DNA of 64,000 bases from Gemmatimonadales bacterium (lineage in GTDB: Bacteria > Gemmatimonadota > Gemmatimonadetes > Gemmatimonadales > GWC2-71-9), in assembly GCA_041615815.1 (NCBI GenBank), contig JBFJCP010000019.1, positions 1-64,000 on the forward strand, in the 5' to 3' direction. A program made the translations under genes and the position numbers. Below the pieces are notes generated by a model, which had not been told where the DNA came from, did no database searches, and saw only the letters and a list, made by a program, of their open reading frames with translations. Position 1 is the first letter of the stretch. Each line of letters opens with the position of its first letter. Of the stretch, positions 33,121-43,297 are shown piece by piece.

Positions 33121-34878
33121 CTACTTCGTATCGCCTCGATGCCGGGCCTTGCGCGCTTCAACGATCTGACGGTGGACGGCAACGTTGTCCAGCCACGCCT
33201 TCCGCTCGAAGTAGCTCTTGGTCAGCTCAGCCACCTTGGGCGAGAGTAGGATCAAGGCCAAGAGGTTGGGCAGGATCACGAGTCCCAAGAAGACGTCCCC
33301 GAGACTCCACACGTCTGCCAAGGCCAAGACGGCCCCCACGAAGTGCATGGCGACGAACGCGATCTTGTAGGGGAGGATCGCTTTGGCGCCAAAGAGATAA
33401 TTGGCGCACCGATCACCGTAATAACTCCAGGCAATCGACGTCGACACGGCAAACAGGAACACGCTCAGCACCACGATGTACTTCCCGAAGTCTCCAGGGA
33501 TACCGCGCTGGAAGCCGAGCATGGTGAGCGGTGCACCGCTCTCCACGGCGTCGCCGTAGAGCGCCGTGTACGTGGTCCCGTCTGCCCCCTCAGCCACGCC
33601 GCGGACCGGGTAAACGGTCCCGTTGAAGGGGCTGGTTTGTGTCGAGTCGGTGAAGAGCTGCTCCACCACCACTTCGTGCCACGCAATCTGGGCGACGTTG
33701 GGTGCAACGCCCACCTGGCGGCCGTTCTCGAAACGAATCTCAGAGGGCGGTTGCGGATCGCTGCGCCGTCCACCGTCGGTGTAGGCGACATACGAGAGGT
33801 CGCCTCCAGTGAGGGTGATCTGGGTATTGATGCGATCGTCCCACACGCCGGTGATGATGATGACGAGCGCCGTCATCGTAACGATGACAATCGTATCGAT
33901 GAACGGCTCCACCAACGCCACGACGCCTTCCGAGACCGGCTCGTCAGTTTGGGCGGCGGCGTGCGCGATAGGAGCAGAGCCCTGACCCGCTTCGTTCGAA
34001 AACAGTCCCCGCTTCACACCCCACATCATCGTGACGAGAAAGGCGCCGACGCCGGTGCCGGCAATACCGGCGCTCGGGTTGAAGGCCTCGCGAAAGATCA
34101 GCCCGAAGGTGGGGAGCACCTGGTCGATGTTGGTCAGGATAATGAACAGCGCACCGGCAACGTAGATGCCGGCCATCGAGGGTGCCAAGATACCGGTCAC
34201 CTTTCCGATTCGGCTGATGCCACCGAGAATCACCGCCGCGACGATCGTTGCCGTGACGAAACCGGTGAGCGCAACAGGAATTCCGAACGTGGTGCGCAGC
34301 GTGTCAGCGACGGTGTTGGCTTGAATCGCGTTACCCGTGAGAAACGCGGTCAGTCCCAAGATCGCGGCAAACAGCACAGCCAACCACTTCCATCGAGCTC
34401 CAAGGCCGCGCTCGATGTAATACATGGGGCCACCGGACACCGTACCGGTCATCCGATCGGCCTTGTCCCGACTCTCGACCTGGCGGAAGTACTGCGCCAG
34501 CGTAACCTCGGTGAACTTGGTTGCCATTCCCAACCCAGCCGTGACCCACATCCAGAACAGTGCACCGGGTCCTCCCCAGTGAATGGCAATCGCCACGCCC
34601 GCAATGTTGCCGATCCCCACCGTGGCAGAGAGCGCCGTACTGAGGGCCTGGAAATGCGAAACGTCTCCGGGTTCGTCGGGATCGTCGTACCGTCCCGTTG
34701 TCACCGCGAACCCATGTCCGAGGTGCCGTAGCTGAATGAACGCGAGGCGGAAGGTAAGGAAGATCCCGGTGCCCACGAGGGCGATGACTACGACCGGGAT
34801 ACTTTCCTCTCCAGCCGGGATCCCAAACCCCCAGATGAAGTCGTTGAGCGACTGAACGATGTTGGCGAACGTTTCCAT
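33121..34878 (-). CDS. Alanine/glycine:cation symporter (AGCS family)
   Basis: VGIGNIAGVA, GGPGA.FWMW, GGPMYY and FSNEAGQGS motifs. Confidence 0.93.
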   Translation of the reverse strand: METFANIVQSLNDFIWGFGIPAGEESIPVVVIALVGTGIFLTFRLAFIQLRHLGHGFAVTTGRYDDPDEPGDVSHFQALSTALSATVGIGNIAGVAIAIHWGGPGALFWMWVTAGLGMATKFTEVTLAQYFRQVESRDKADRMTGTVSGGPMYYIERGLGARWKWLAVLFAAILGLTAFLTGNAIQANTVADTLRTTFGIPVALTGFVTATIVAAVILGGISRIGKVTGILAPSMAGIYVAGALFIILTNIDQVLPTFGLIFREAFNPSAGIAGTGVGAFLVTMMWGVKRGLFSNEAGQGSAPIAHAAAQTDEPVSEGVVALVEPFIDTIVIVTMTALVIIITGVWDDRINTQITLTGGDLSYVAYTDGGRRSDPQPPSEIRFENGRQVGVAPNVAQIAWHEVVVEQLFTDSTQTSPFNGTVYPVRGVAEGADGTTYTALYGDAVESGAPLTMLGFQRGIPGDFGKYIVVLSVFLFAVSTSIAWSYYGDRCANYLFGAKAILPYKIAFVAMHFVGAVLALADVWSLGDVFLGLVILPNLLALILLSPKVAELTKSYFERKAWLDNVAVHRQIVEARKARHRGDTK

Positions 34879-35026
34879 GGCGTTAGGCTGGCGGGTGAGT
34901 GGCTGACATAATGCGCTGGGGTCCTTCGGGTGGCAAGTAACGTGCGCGTCGGGTTTTCTGGGGTACCCGTGAGCGGGAAGTTGGTTCGGCCTTCGCGAAG
35001 CGTCCGGAAGCGGGTATCTTCGCTGC

Positions 35027-36076
35027 ATGGCTGCCGCTGATTCGAGCCCCCGCACGCCCTCCGGTGGCGTCCGTGTTCCGGCGGCCCGCCGACGGTCGGC
35101 GCTGACCATGGTCAAGCTCTTCGAGGCCGGGACGCGGGTTGCGCTGACCACGCACGTGAACGCCGATGGGGACGGTGCCGGAGCGGAAGTGGCGCTGTGG
35201 CATCTCCTCACCGCCCGTGGTGTCCGAGCAGCGATCACCAACCCGACCCCGTTCCCCGATCGATATCGATTTCTTCTACGCGGTGCCGAGCGCGCCGATC
35301 GGTCTGGGGAATCGGTGAAGCACCTTCAGGATGCTGACTTGATCGTCGTCCTCGACATCTCTGACATCGGTAGGCTGGGACATTTGGCCGGGACGGTGGA
35401 TCGGGCAAAGGTGCCGGTGGCGTGTATCGACCACCATGCGAGCAATGGCAAGCTGCCACCCGGTCCGCGTCTGGTTGATCCGGGTGCGTGCGCCACGGGT
35501 GAGCTGCTGTACGACCTAGCTCGCTCCGCGCGGTGGCCCCTCAACGGGCCGGCTGCACAGGCGTTGTACGTGGCGCTGTTGACCGACACGGGGGGCTTTC
35601 GGTTCGCCAACACGACACCCCGGGCCCTCCAGGTGGCGGCTCACCTGCTGGGGCATGGTATCGACCCCGAGAGCATCTATCGGAATGTGTACGCAACACA
35701 ATCGGAAGGACGGATCCGTCTGCTCGGTGAGGTGCTCGACACCCTGGTCGTGGAACCCGAACGAGGCCTTGCCTGGCTGACCATCCCGCCCGGCGCGTTG
35801 GAGCGCCACGGCGTCGATCCGGATGAGCTGGAGGGCGTGGTGGAATTCGCGCGATCGGTCAAAGGCATCCAGCTGGCGATGCTGTTTCGCCGTATCGCCA
35901 ATGGGCGGATCAAGGTTTCCTTCCGATCGGTGGGTGACGTGGATGTGGCGGAGCTGGCCCAGCAGTTTGGAGGTGGAGGTCATCGCAAGGCGGCGGGCGC
36001 ATCGCTCCAAGGGTCCTTGGCAGACGTGCAAGCGACCGTGTTATCTGCGGCTCGCCGTCTGCTGGTCCCTTCGTAG
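35027..36076 (+). CDS. nrnA: DHH/DHHA1 phosphoesterase (NrnA-like)
   Basis: H..ADGD, DHH, TDTGGF, SFRS and GGGH..AAG motifs. Confidence 0.9.
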   Translation: MAAADSSPRTPSGGVRVPAARRRSALTMVKLFEAGTRVALTTHVNADGDGAGAEVALWHLLTARGVRAAITNPTPFPDRYRFLLRGAERADRSGESVKHLQDADLIVVLDISDIGRLGHLAGTVDRAKVPVACIDHHASNGKLPPGPRLVDPGACATGELLYDLARSARWPLNGPAAQALYVALLTDTGGFRFANTTPRALQVAAHLLGHGIDPESIYRNVYATQSEGRIRLLGEVLDTLVVEPERGLAWLTIPPGALERHGVDPDELEGVVEFARSVKGIQLAMLFRRIANGRIKVSFRSVGDVDVAELAQQFGGGGHRKAAGASLQGSLADVQATVLSAARRLLVPS

Positions 36077-36077
36077 G

Positions 36078-36106
36078 TTGCTCACCTCATTGCCCGTTTC
36101 TAAGAT
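36078..36106 (+). promoter_or_regulatory. Putative sigma70 promoter of mrp
   Basis: TTGCTC-N17-TAAGAT, 8 nt before ATG 36115. Confidence 0.5.
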
Positions 36107-36114
36107 TTGATGGG

Positions 36115-37212
36115 ATGACCAACAAACTGGAAGCCGCGGTTACGGAAGCGCTGACCAACGTCCGCAATCAACGGGTGGACCGCGATGTGCTCTCGGCCGG
36201 GATGGTGCAAGATCTTCGGATCGAGTCCGACGGCCGCGTCTCGTTCAGCTTTCTCCTGTCCCGAGAGGACGCCGCAGGGCTGGTGCGCGACGTGCGGCGA
36301 GCGGTACGAGCCGTCGCTGGAGTCCGTGATGTCACGATCGATGTGGTCGAACCGCGGCGGCCCCCCGATGCCGCCACCAGGGGTCCGGCCTCCGGTGGAA
36401 TGCCTCAGGCGCCTCAGCCGACCGCGCTCCCGACCCTCGGCACCGTGCTGGCGATCTCGAGCGGCAAGGGAGGGGTCGGCAAGTCGACCGTGGCCGCCAA
36501 CCTCGCCGCCGCTCTCGCCCGAGACGGGCGCTCCGTGGCGATCATGGACGCCGATATATACGGCCCCAACATTCCGCGCCTGTTTGGCGTGAGCGACAAG
36601 CCCCGCGTGGAAGGTGGGAAGATCATCCCGCTCGAGAAATACGGCGTCAAGCTGATCTCACTTGGGCTCCTCGTCGAACGGGACGCGCCCGCTATCTGGC
36701 GTGGACCGATCGTCACCAAGATCATCACGCAGTTCCTCCACGACGTGGACTGGGGTCCCCTCGACTACTTCATCGTGGACCTGCCACCTGGGACCGGCGA
36801 CGCACAGCTGTCGCTGGCGCAAACGATCCAGGTGAAGGGTGCCATCATCGTCACCACCCCTCAGGAGATGGCGGTTGGGGACGCGCTGCGTGGAGCAAAG
36901 ATGTTTGAACGCGTTGGCGTTCCCGTTCTCGGCATCGTCGAGAACATGAGCTACTTTGCCTGTCCCCATTGCGGCGAGCGCAGCCAGATCTTCGTGTCCG
37001 GTGGCGGGCAGCGGCTGGCCGACGAGCTGGGGATTCCCCTTCTCGGTCAGATCCCGCTCCAAGCGGAGATGGCGGGGATGGCGGATGCAGGGAAGCCCGT
37101 GGTCATCGCGCAGCCGGATTCGCCCGCGGCTCAGGCCCTCACCGAGATCGCACAGGTCGTTCAGAAACGCGCTGGCGGGCGCAGTATCTCGCTGCCCATC
37201 ATCACCGGTTAG
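36115..37212 (+). CDS. mrp: Mrp/NBP35 (ApbC) Fe-S carrier ATPase
   Basis: GKGGVGKS, DADIYGP, DLPPGTGD and ENMS..CPHC motifs; N-terminal DUF59-like domain. Confidence 0.93.
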   Translation: MTNKLEAAVTEALTNVRNQRVDRDVLSAGMVQDLRIESDGRVSFSFLLSREDAAGLVRDVRRAVRAVAGVRDVTIDVVEPRRPPDAATRGPASGGMPQAPQPTALPTLGTVLAISSGKGGVGKSTVAANLAAALARDGRSVAIMDADIYGPNIPRLFGVSDKPRVEGGKIIPLEKYGVKLISLGLLVERDAPAIWRGPIVTKIITQFLHDVDWGPLDYFIVDLPPGTGDAQLSLAQTIQVKGAIIVTTPQEMAVGDALRGAKMFERVGVPVLGIVENMSYFACPHCGERSQIFVSGGGQRLADELGIPLLGQIPLQAEMAGMADAGKPVVIAQPDSPAAQALTEIAQVVQKRAGGRSISLPIITG

Positions 37213-37463
37213 GGCGGTCGGCGTGCGGCCGATCCTCACTCTGCTCACCCATTGTTGGCTGCTCCGACGTCTGCGCTGCCGAGATGACGGCGGCGCCGTC
37301 TGGGGAGCTCGTCGCGCTCACGGGATCAGGTTACACGGTGGAGGTATTGCGACGAGATGGTGCGGCGGGGGTCGTGTTGGGCGTACGCTAGGGAGACGAG
37401 GTGAGGTTTGTCGAAGGCTACACGGGTCGGCGAACACCGACCTAACGCGGGAGGTCCCGTCCG

Positions 37464-38318
37464 TCAGTACCACTCCACGTTGATGTCGCCGATGACGGCA
37501 TCGATTCGGACGTGCACCTGGGTGCGCGCCGAGTCGTAGTTGGTCGAGACGTAGCGCGCCCCCTGCTTGGTGAATCCCGCTCGCTGGAACGTCGCCAGAA
37601 ATCGATCGAGATCGATGGAGACCCCTAGATCTTTGGGGAATCGAAGCGTGACCGCTCCGAACCCGATGTCCACGCTCGTCTCGGTAGCCACGTTCGGATC
37701 CCAGCTCCCGCCAAAGTCGACCGACAAGCCGCCGGCGCCACCGGAGATCGATATCTGTTCGCATCGCGCGTTGCCGAGTTTCTCGACGGTGAATTCGGCC
37801 GCGCCAACCTCGAATCGGAGATGCTCACAAGAGGTGCGGTTGGGCTCGCTGAACCTGACGACGGTGCGGCTCGCACCGGTCTTGAGCGTGGCCCGAGCAA
37901 GCACGAGGCCTCCGAGCTCGAGATCGGCGTCGGCAGCACCAAACTCAATCGCCAATCGGGCCGGGACGCCAACACCAACCGCCAGCGACAGGCGCTGTTT
38001 CGTGTTCTTGAGATACTTGAGCCTAGTGCTCACCCCCTCCCCGGAGACGCCGATGCGGAGAGAGCGCTCCGAGGGGTCGTACTCGGTCACCGGATCGAAA
38101 TGGTCGTCGTCGTATACGAGCTCGGCGCGGTAGAGCGCCCCGCTGGAGTCCGGGCGGAGGAAGAACCGTCCGGCGGCAAACCGAACGTTCACCCGGAGCG
38201 TGTCTTCTGCCTGCATCCAACGCGAGAGGGAAACCGTTTGGTACGACTGAGCCGCGAGCGGTGGAGCCCCCACCGCGGCGGCGACGAGACCAAGGGTGAC
38301 GGCGATCGGGGTGTTCAC
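37464..38318 (-). CDS. Secreted beta-solenoid (toast-rack/LiaF-like) hypothetical protein
   Basis: Signal peptide ending LAA-Q; repeated GA/GG beta-strand motifs; GTGA overlap. Confidence 0.6.
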   Translation of the reverse strand: MNTPIAVTLGLVAAAVGAPPLAAQSYQTVSLSRWMQAEDTLRVNVRFAAGRFFLRPDSSGALYRAELVYDDDHFDPVTEYDPSERSLRIGVSGEGVSTRLKYLKNTKQRLSLAVGVGVPARLAIEFGAADADLELGGLVLARATLKTGASRTVVRFSEPNRTSCEHLRFEVGAAEFTVEKLGNARCEQISISGGAGGLSVDFGGSWDPNVATETSVDIGFGAVTLRFPKDLGVSIDLDRFLATFQRAGFTKQGARYVSTNYDSARTQVHVRIDAVIGDINVEWY

Positions 38319-39838
38319 TCGCTGCCGCGGCGCGAGGACCGCGACCGCGTCATCAACTGGGCGGAGGGCTCCCAAAAGTGCTCGTCGGTGAGCGCCTGAT
38401 CGATCTGGCGGATCACCGTGCCCCGGACACCCCCCCGTGAAACGATGGTGGCACCGAAACCGGCTGTAGCCACCATCCACGTGAGGAATGCCGCCATGAT
38501 CAATGCGATCGTGCCGGCGACGGGAACCCAACTCAGTAAGACCGCCGGAATCCAAATGGCCAGGAGCCCGAGCAAGCCGTAGAACAGGTACCGGTACGTG
38601 AGCCAACCTCTCACCTCGTGTCCCTGTGCCATGCGACGCCGCACGTAGATCTCACCCACCGTCCGGGCGACGGCGATGTAACCACCCGCGACAGCGAGGA
38701 ACAGCGCGACGGCAAAGGCGGCTACCGCGAATGGGACCACCAGGAGACCCACCAGGGTGATCGCGAGGCCCACGATCAGGATACCCAACGCCGGCAACAG
38801 CAGCGGTTGCGCGAAGAGTCCTGCAAGGAACGAGCGCCAGAACGAGTGCCACACGGTATCGGCCACCGCCTCGAGCTGGCGCGGCGCGAAGAACATCAGG
38901 CCGATGCCGAGGAATGCCAGGCCCACGAAGCTGGCGATGAGGCTCAGGAGATCCACGGCGATGCGTCCGATCGCCGAGGTCGAACCCGCAGCGGAGGCTC
39001 CAGTGGACACCACGATCTGAGGCCTGGGAGGGACGAGGTCCGGCACGGGTGGAGCGACTTCCGGCCGCGGGGTCAACACCCCGGAGACGGCCTGCACCCG
39101 ACCCAACACGCGTCCCCCGTTATGCACCAATTGTCCTTGGAGCAATCTCACGTTCCCGTCCACGACGCCGCCGTCTTCGAGAATCACATCGCCGCCGAGC
39201 GCGATGAGATCGCCGCGGATCCGGCCTGCCACCCGGACGTCCCCGCTGAGCACGGTCACCGGTCCGTCGAGGACTTCGCCGGCCGGGACGAGGAGCCCAT
39301 CCGTGTGGACGCCTTCGCCCTGGAGGATCCCGTCGAGATCCACCTGGATCTGGGCCGCCTCCAGCGCCGCGGCGACCTGTGCCGAGAGCGACGAGAGTGC
39401 CGGGACCGGCGCCACGGTTGGGGCGGGCCGCGGGGCCTGAGCACCCTGCAGCGGCCGAGCCGCCTCCCGAATCGCGCGGACCGCGTCGGCCTCGGAACCT
39501 TCGAGTCCGGAGACATCGAAGCGAAGCAGTCGCGTGATCAGCTCGCCGGGGTTCAAGGCGCCGGCTCCGGTCACCAGCTCACGCCACGCTTGTGATACCG
39601 GTCCGTCGGCCCGAACGCTCGCGACCTCCGCTCCATTGACCATTAGGTGGTCTCCGTGGATCGCCAAACGCACGACACCGCCGTCCGCCAGCTCCAAGTC
39701 GAGCGCGGCGGCATGATCGGAGATCGTTGCCGAGTGCGCCACCACGTGACCAGCCTGCTGCACGGCAAAGGTCGTCGCATGCAGCGGCGTTGCCGGAAGC
39801 AACGCCACGAGGCCAAGCGCCATCCTAACGCTTCGCAT
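38315..39838 (-). CDS. Membrane protein with bactofilin/polymer-forming-like beta-helix
   Basis: Signal peptide; G.V.G repeats (VLSGDVRVAGRIRGDLIALGGDV); C-terminal multi-TM domain. Confidence 0.7.
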   Translation of the reverse strand: MRSVRMALGLVALLPATPLHATTFAVQQAGHVVAHSATISDHAAALDLELADGGVVRLAIHGDHLMVNGAEVASVRADGPVSQAWRELVTGAGALNPGELITRLLRFDVSGLEGSEADAVRAIREAARPLQGAQAPRPAPTVAPVPALSSLSAQVAAALEAAQIQVDLDGILQGEGVHTDGLLVPAGEVLDGPVTVLSGDVRVAGRIRGDLIALGGDVILEDGGVVDGNVRLLQGQLVHNGGRVLGRVQAVSGVLTPRPEVAPPVPDLVPPRPQIVVSTGASAAGSTSAIGRIAVDLLSLIASFVGLAFLGIGLMFFAPRQLEAVADTVWHSFWRSFLAGLFAQPLLLPALGILIVGLAITLVGLLVVPFAVAAFAVALFLAVAGGYIAVARTVGEIYVRRRMAQGHEVRGWLTYRYLFYGLLGLLAIWIPAVLLSWVPVAGTIALIMAAFLTWMVATAGFGATIVSRGGVRGTVIRQIDQALTDEHFWEPSAQLMTRSRSSRRGSE

Positions 39839-40352
39839 GGGTCCCCATCCTCACTGGCACGTCGGCCCCAACGGTGCGGTACAAGCCCCACGCGCAGGCG
39901 GCCATGAGTATCATGCCCGCCAGTGTCACGCTCAGCGCCTGTGCCACGGTCAACGCCGTGAATCCCAATGTCTCCCCGAGGGCGAGCCACGCGGAGGCCA
40001 CGGCTTCGAGGCCCCCTCGCCACAAAGCAAGAACCCCGTGCTCGATCGCGAACCCCACCACCCGTCCCGCCTCCGTGGGGTAGGAAGCCACCAAGGCCCC
40101 GACGGTGACGGCAGTCACCAAGGTCCCGGCGATCAGAGGAATGGCCGCCATCCACATGCGACGTCTTGTCAGCTCGGTCCCCGCCCAATCGCGGAGCCGT
40201 CGGAGCCTTGGCGGCAGCGGAAGCCACACCCGCACGAGCACGCGCTCGGCCAGGCCCGGACTGGGCGTAAATGCGCGTAAAGCGGCCAGATGCTGGTGCA
40301 CGGCCGGGTCTTCCTCGGCGGGGCTTCGCGGGTCCAAAGGAACGTCTCTCAT
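39825..40352 (-). CDS. Putative membrane anti-sigma factor
   Basis: Directly downstream of ECF sigma; PSPGLAERVL motif followed by TM helices. Confidence 0.6.
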   Translation of the reverse strand: MRDVPLDPRSPAEEDPAVHQHLAALRAFTPSPGLAERVLVRVWLPLPPRLRRLRDWAGTELTRRRMWMAAIPLIAGTLVTAVTVGALVASYPTEAGRVVGFAIEHGVLALWRGGLEAVASAWLALGETLGFTALTVAQALSVTLAGMILMAACAWGLYRTVGADVPVRMGTHAKR

Positions 40353-40363
40353 CGTTAGTCCCT

Positions 40364-40389
40364 TACGGAATGCCGGTGCGGGAGTTTCA
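40364..40389 (-). promoter_or_regulatory. SigW-type ECF promoter overlapping the sigma gene stop codon
   Basis: Minus strand TGAAAC-N16-CGTA. Confidence 0.7.
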
Positions 40390-40989
40390 CTCCCGGAGTG
40401 GGGCCAGAGCCTCTTGTAGCTCGGCTCGGGCCCGGTGGATGTAAGTCTTTACAGTACCGAGAGGTAGGTCGAGGATTTTGGCGATCTCGTCGTACGGCCG
40501 CCCCTCGACGTGGCGCAGGATGATACAGGCGCGGTACTCCGGTCTGAGTTGAGCAATGGCCCGTTCGATGGCGGAACCGAGCTCGCGGGCCTCGACCTCT
40601 TCGAGCGGGGACTCACCCGAATCCCCGACTTGGATGGCCGTGGCCTCGAGCCGATCCTGTGTCGTGGCGTCTGGGCGCCCCTCCAGCGACAGGGTATCCA
40701 GCTCCTTGCGGCGAAGCTGATCAATGGCGGCGTTGTTCGCGATCTTGAAGATCCAAGAGGAGAACTTGTACTCGGGGCGATAGCGGTCGATCGCGTTGAG
40801 GACCTTCACGAACGTTTCTTGGGTGAGATCCTCCGCCAGCTCCCGATCCCGCACCATCCGGTAGATGAGCGAGAACACGGGTCGTTGATAGCGCCGGATC
40901 AGCTCTCGGTACGCCGCCTCCGCTCCCTGGCGGGCGGAAAGGACCACCTGCTGGTCGGTGGCGTCGGAGAGGTCACGGGACGATTGCAT
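40387..40989 (-). CDS. ECF RNA polymerase sigma factor (SigW/RpoE-like)
   Basis: AEDLTQETF, FSSWIFKIANN and LGTVKTYIHRAR motifs. Confidence 0.95.
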   Translation of the reverse strand: MQSSRDLSDATDQQVVLSARQGAEAAYRELIRRYQRPVFSLIYRMVRDRELAEDLTQETFVKVLNAIDRYRPEYKFSSWIFKIANNAAIDQLRRKELDTLSLEGRPDATTQDRLEATAIQVGDSGESPLEEVEARELGSAIERAIAQLRPEYRACIILRHVEGRPYDEIAKILDLPLGTVKTYIHRARAELQEALAPLRE

Positions 40990-41004
40990 AGACTCGGGAT
41001 AAGC

Positions 41005-41031
41005 TACGCACGGGGGCGCGGATCGGGTTCA
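41005..41031 (-). promoter_or_regulatory. Putative autoregulatory ECF promoter upstream of the sigma gene
   Basis: Minus strand TGAACC-N17-CGTA. Confidence 0.55.
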
Positions 41032-41081
41032 TTCGGCCACTGCTTGCGGCAAGTTCAAGCGCGCCAGTATTTTTCGCGCCT

Positions 41082-41807
41082 ATGCCCACCTCCGCCAGCC
41101 TGCCGACTACGGGTGGTGAGGAGAAGCGGTCGTACGTGCGGAGCATGTTCACAGCGATTGCGCCTCGATACGATCTCCTGAACCACCTATTGAGCTTCAA
41201 TATCGATCGCCGTTGGCGCCGGCTAGCCGTCGATCGGCTGGACTGGGAGAGGGAGCCAGCCGGAACTTATCTGGACCTGTGCGCCGGCACCCTGGACCTC
41301 GCGGCCGAATTGGCGGGTCGGCGGGAGTTTCGCGGTCGGGTCCTCGGCGCGGACTTCGCAGTACCCATGCTCAAGGGTGGCGTCCACAAAGCGAACGGAC
41401 TCCGAGCGGTGGGGGCGGATGCACTGGAGCTCCCGTTTCCGGGCCGCTCCTTCGACGGCTGCATGGTTGGGTTCGGGGTACGGAATCTCGCCAGCGTGGA
41501 GGCTGGTCTCAGCGAGATGGCCAGAGTGCTCACCCCGGGTTCGCGGCTCGTCATTCTCGAGTTCGCCACGCCTCGATCGCGGCTCTTCCGCTCACTGTAT
41601 CACCTGTATTTCCGTCGCGTGCTGCCCCTCGTCGGACGAATGGTGTCAAAACATACGAGTGCCTACACCTACCTGCCAGCGTCCGTGGACGATTTCCCCG
41701 AACCCGAGGCCTTCCGAGGGCTCGTGACGGCGGCGGGATTCCGGGACGTGGAAGCCGAATCGCTCACCTTGGGGATCGCCATGCTCTACCGAGGCGTCCG
41801 AGCGTGA
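41082..41807 (+). CDS. menG: Demethylmenaquinone methyltransferase
   Basis: MF..IAPRYD.LN, DLCAGT, FGVRN and AY.YLP.S motifs. Confidence 0.92.
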   Translation: MPTSASLPTTGGEEKRSYVRSMFTAIAPRYDLLNHLLSFNIDRRWRRLAVDRLDWEREPAGTYLDLCAGTLDLAAELAGRREFRGRVLGADFAVPMLKGGVHKANGLRAVGADALELPFPGRSFDGCMVGFGVRNLASVEAGLSEMARVLTPGSRLVILEFATPRSRLFRSLYHLYFRRVLPLVGRMVSKHTSAYTYLPASVDDFPEPEAFRGLVTAAGFRDVEAESLTLGIAMLYRGVRA

Positions 41808-43297
41808 CCCTTCAGAGCCTGCGGGAGTTCGTCGACGCACTGGGAGACGGACAGGAGCTGGTGCGCATAGCTCGTCCTGTGTCCGTGGTACGAGAGATCA
41901 CCGAGATTGCCGACCGTTGCATGAAGAGTCCGGGTGGGGGGCCAGCCGTGCTGTTCGAGAACCCGGTGCTCGCCGACGGGCGTCCGAGCGAGGTCCCTCT
42001 CGGTATCAACCTCTTTGGCTCGATGGGTCGAATCTGCCGGGCCCTCGGGGTGGAAGACCTGGATGAGATCGGCGCGCGCATCACCAAGCTTCTCACGTTG
42101 AAACCACCCCTGGGGTGGCGAGAGAAACTTGCACTGCTCCCCACGCTCGCCGAGCTGACGCGTTATCCACCCAAGACGATGTCGGGTACACCCCGTTGCC
42201 AGCAACGAGTCTTGCGTGGAAGCGACGCGGACGTGCAATGCCTCCCGAACCTCCTGTGCTGGCCCGACGACGGCGGCGCGTACATTACGCTGCCGCAAGT
42301 GATCACCCGCGACCCTCGATCTGGCGTCCGCAACGTCGGCATGTATCGGATTCAGGTATTGGGTGCACGGCGCCTGGCCATGCACTGGCAGCGACACAAG
42401 GTTGGGGCGGCCCATTGGAGGGAGATGGCGTCCCGCGGAGAGACCATGCCGGTGGCCATCGCCTTGGGCGGCGACCCGCCGTCGATCTATTCGGCATCGG
42501 CACCCTTGCCGCCCAACATCGACGAGTACGTGTTCGCGGGTTTTCTGCGACGCCGGCCGGTCACGCTGGCCAAAGCCATCACCAACGACTTGTTGGTTCC
42601 GGCGGAGGCCGACATCGTCATCGAAGGCTACATCGACCCTGGGGAGCCGCTGGTCCTGGAAGGGCCCTTCGGAGACCACACGGGCTTCTACTCGCTCGCC
42701 GATTACTATCCCGCGGTTCACGTCACAGCCGTCACGATGCGCAACGACCCCGTGTATCCGGCAACGATCGTGGGCCAGCCTCCGATGGAAGATTTCTATC
42801 TCGGTCACGCCACGGAACGGATCTTTCTCCCGCTCCTCAAATTCACCGTTCCGGAGATCGTGGATTATCACATGCCTGCGCCCGGCATTTTCCACAACTT
42901 GGTATTCGTGAGCATCGATAAGCAGTACCCGGGTCAAGCCTGGAAGGTGATGAACGCCCTGTGGGGGATGGGCCTCATGTCGCTGGCCAAGGTCATTGTT
43001 GTCTTGGACAAGGACGTGAACGTTCGCGATCCCGACGAAGCCTGGTGGGTCACCCTCAATCACATCGACCCCAAACGAGACGTGCGGTTTACGATGGGAC
43101 CGATCGACGTGCTCGACCACGCCTCGCGGGCGTTCACATACGGCTCGAAGATGGGCATCGATGCCACAACCAAATGGAAGGAAGAGGGTTTCGACCGGGA
43201 CTGGCCGACGCGCATCGTCATGGACACGGCGACCAAGGCGAAGGTCGATACGATGTGGGAGGAATTGGGGATCCCCCTCGGCGAGGGGCATCCATGA
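41804..43297 (+). CDS. UbiD family decarboxylase (menaquinone, MqnL-like)
   Basis: NVGMYR, EGPFGDHTGFY and GSKMGIDAT motifs. Confidence 0.92.
   Translation: MTLQSLREFVDALGDGQELVRIARPVSVVREITEIADRCMKSPGGGPAVLFENPVLADGRPSEVPLGINLFGSMGRICRALGVEDLDEIGARITKLLTLKPPLGWREKLALLPTLAELTRYPPKTMSGTPRCQQRVLRGSDADVQCLPNLLCWPDDGGAYITLPQVITRDPRSGVRNVGMYRIQVLGARRLAMHWQRHKVGAAHWREMASRGETMPVAIALGGDPPSIYSASAPLPPNIDEYVFAGFLRRRPVTLAKAITNDLLVPAEADIVIEGYIDPGEPLVLEGPFGDHTGFYSLADYYPAVHVTAVTMRNDPVYPATIVGQPPMEDFYLGHATERIFLPLLKFTVPEIVDYHMPAPGIFHNLVFVSIDKQYPGQAWKVMNALWGMGLMSLAKVIVVLDKDVNVRDPDEAWWVTLNHIDPKRDVRFTMGPIDVLDHASRAFTYGSKMGIDATTKWKEEGFDRDWPTRIVMDTATKAKVDTMWEELGIPLGEGHP

Noticed and set aside
34879..35026. Glycine riboswitch upstream of the AGCS symporter
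   Set aside because: Conserved GGAGA/CCGAAG/CTCTCAGG arrangement not found on the minus strand
33121..35241. Apparent fusions or long N-terminal extensions in the ORF track (also 41213, 60345, 62123 and 50881 starts)
   Set aside because: The extensions overlap neighbouring genes and better internal starts exist
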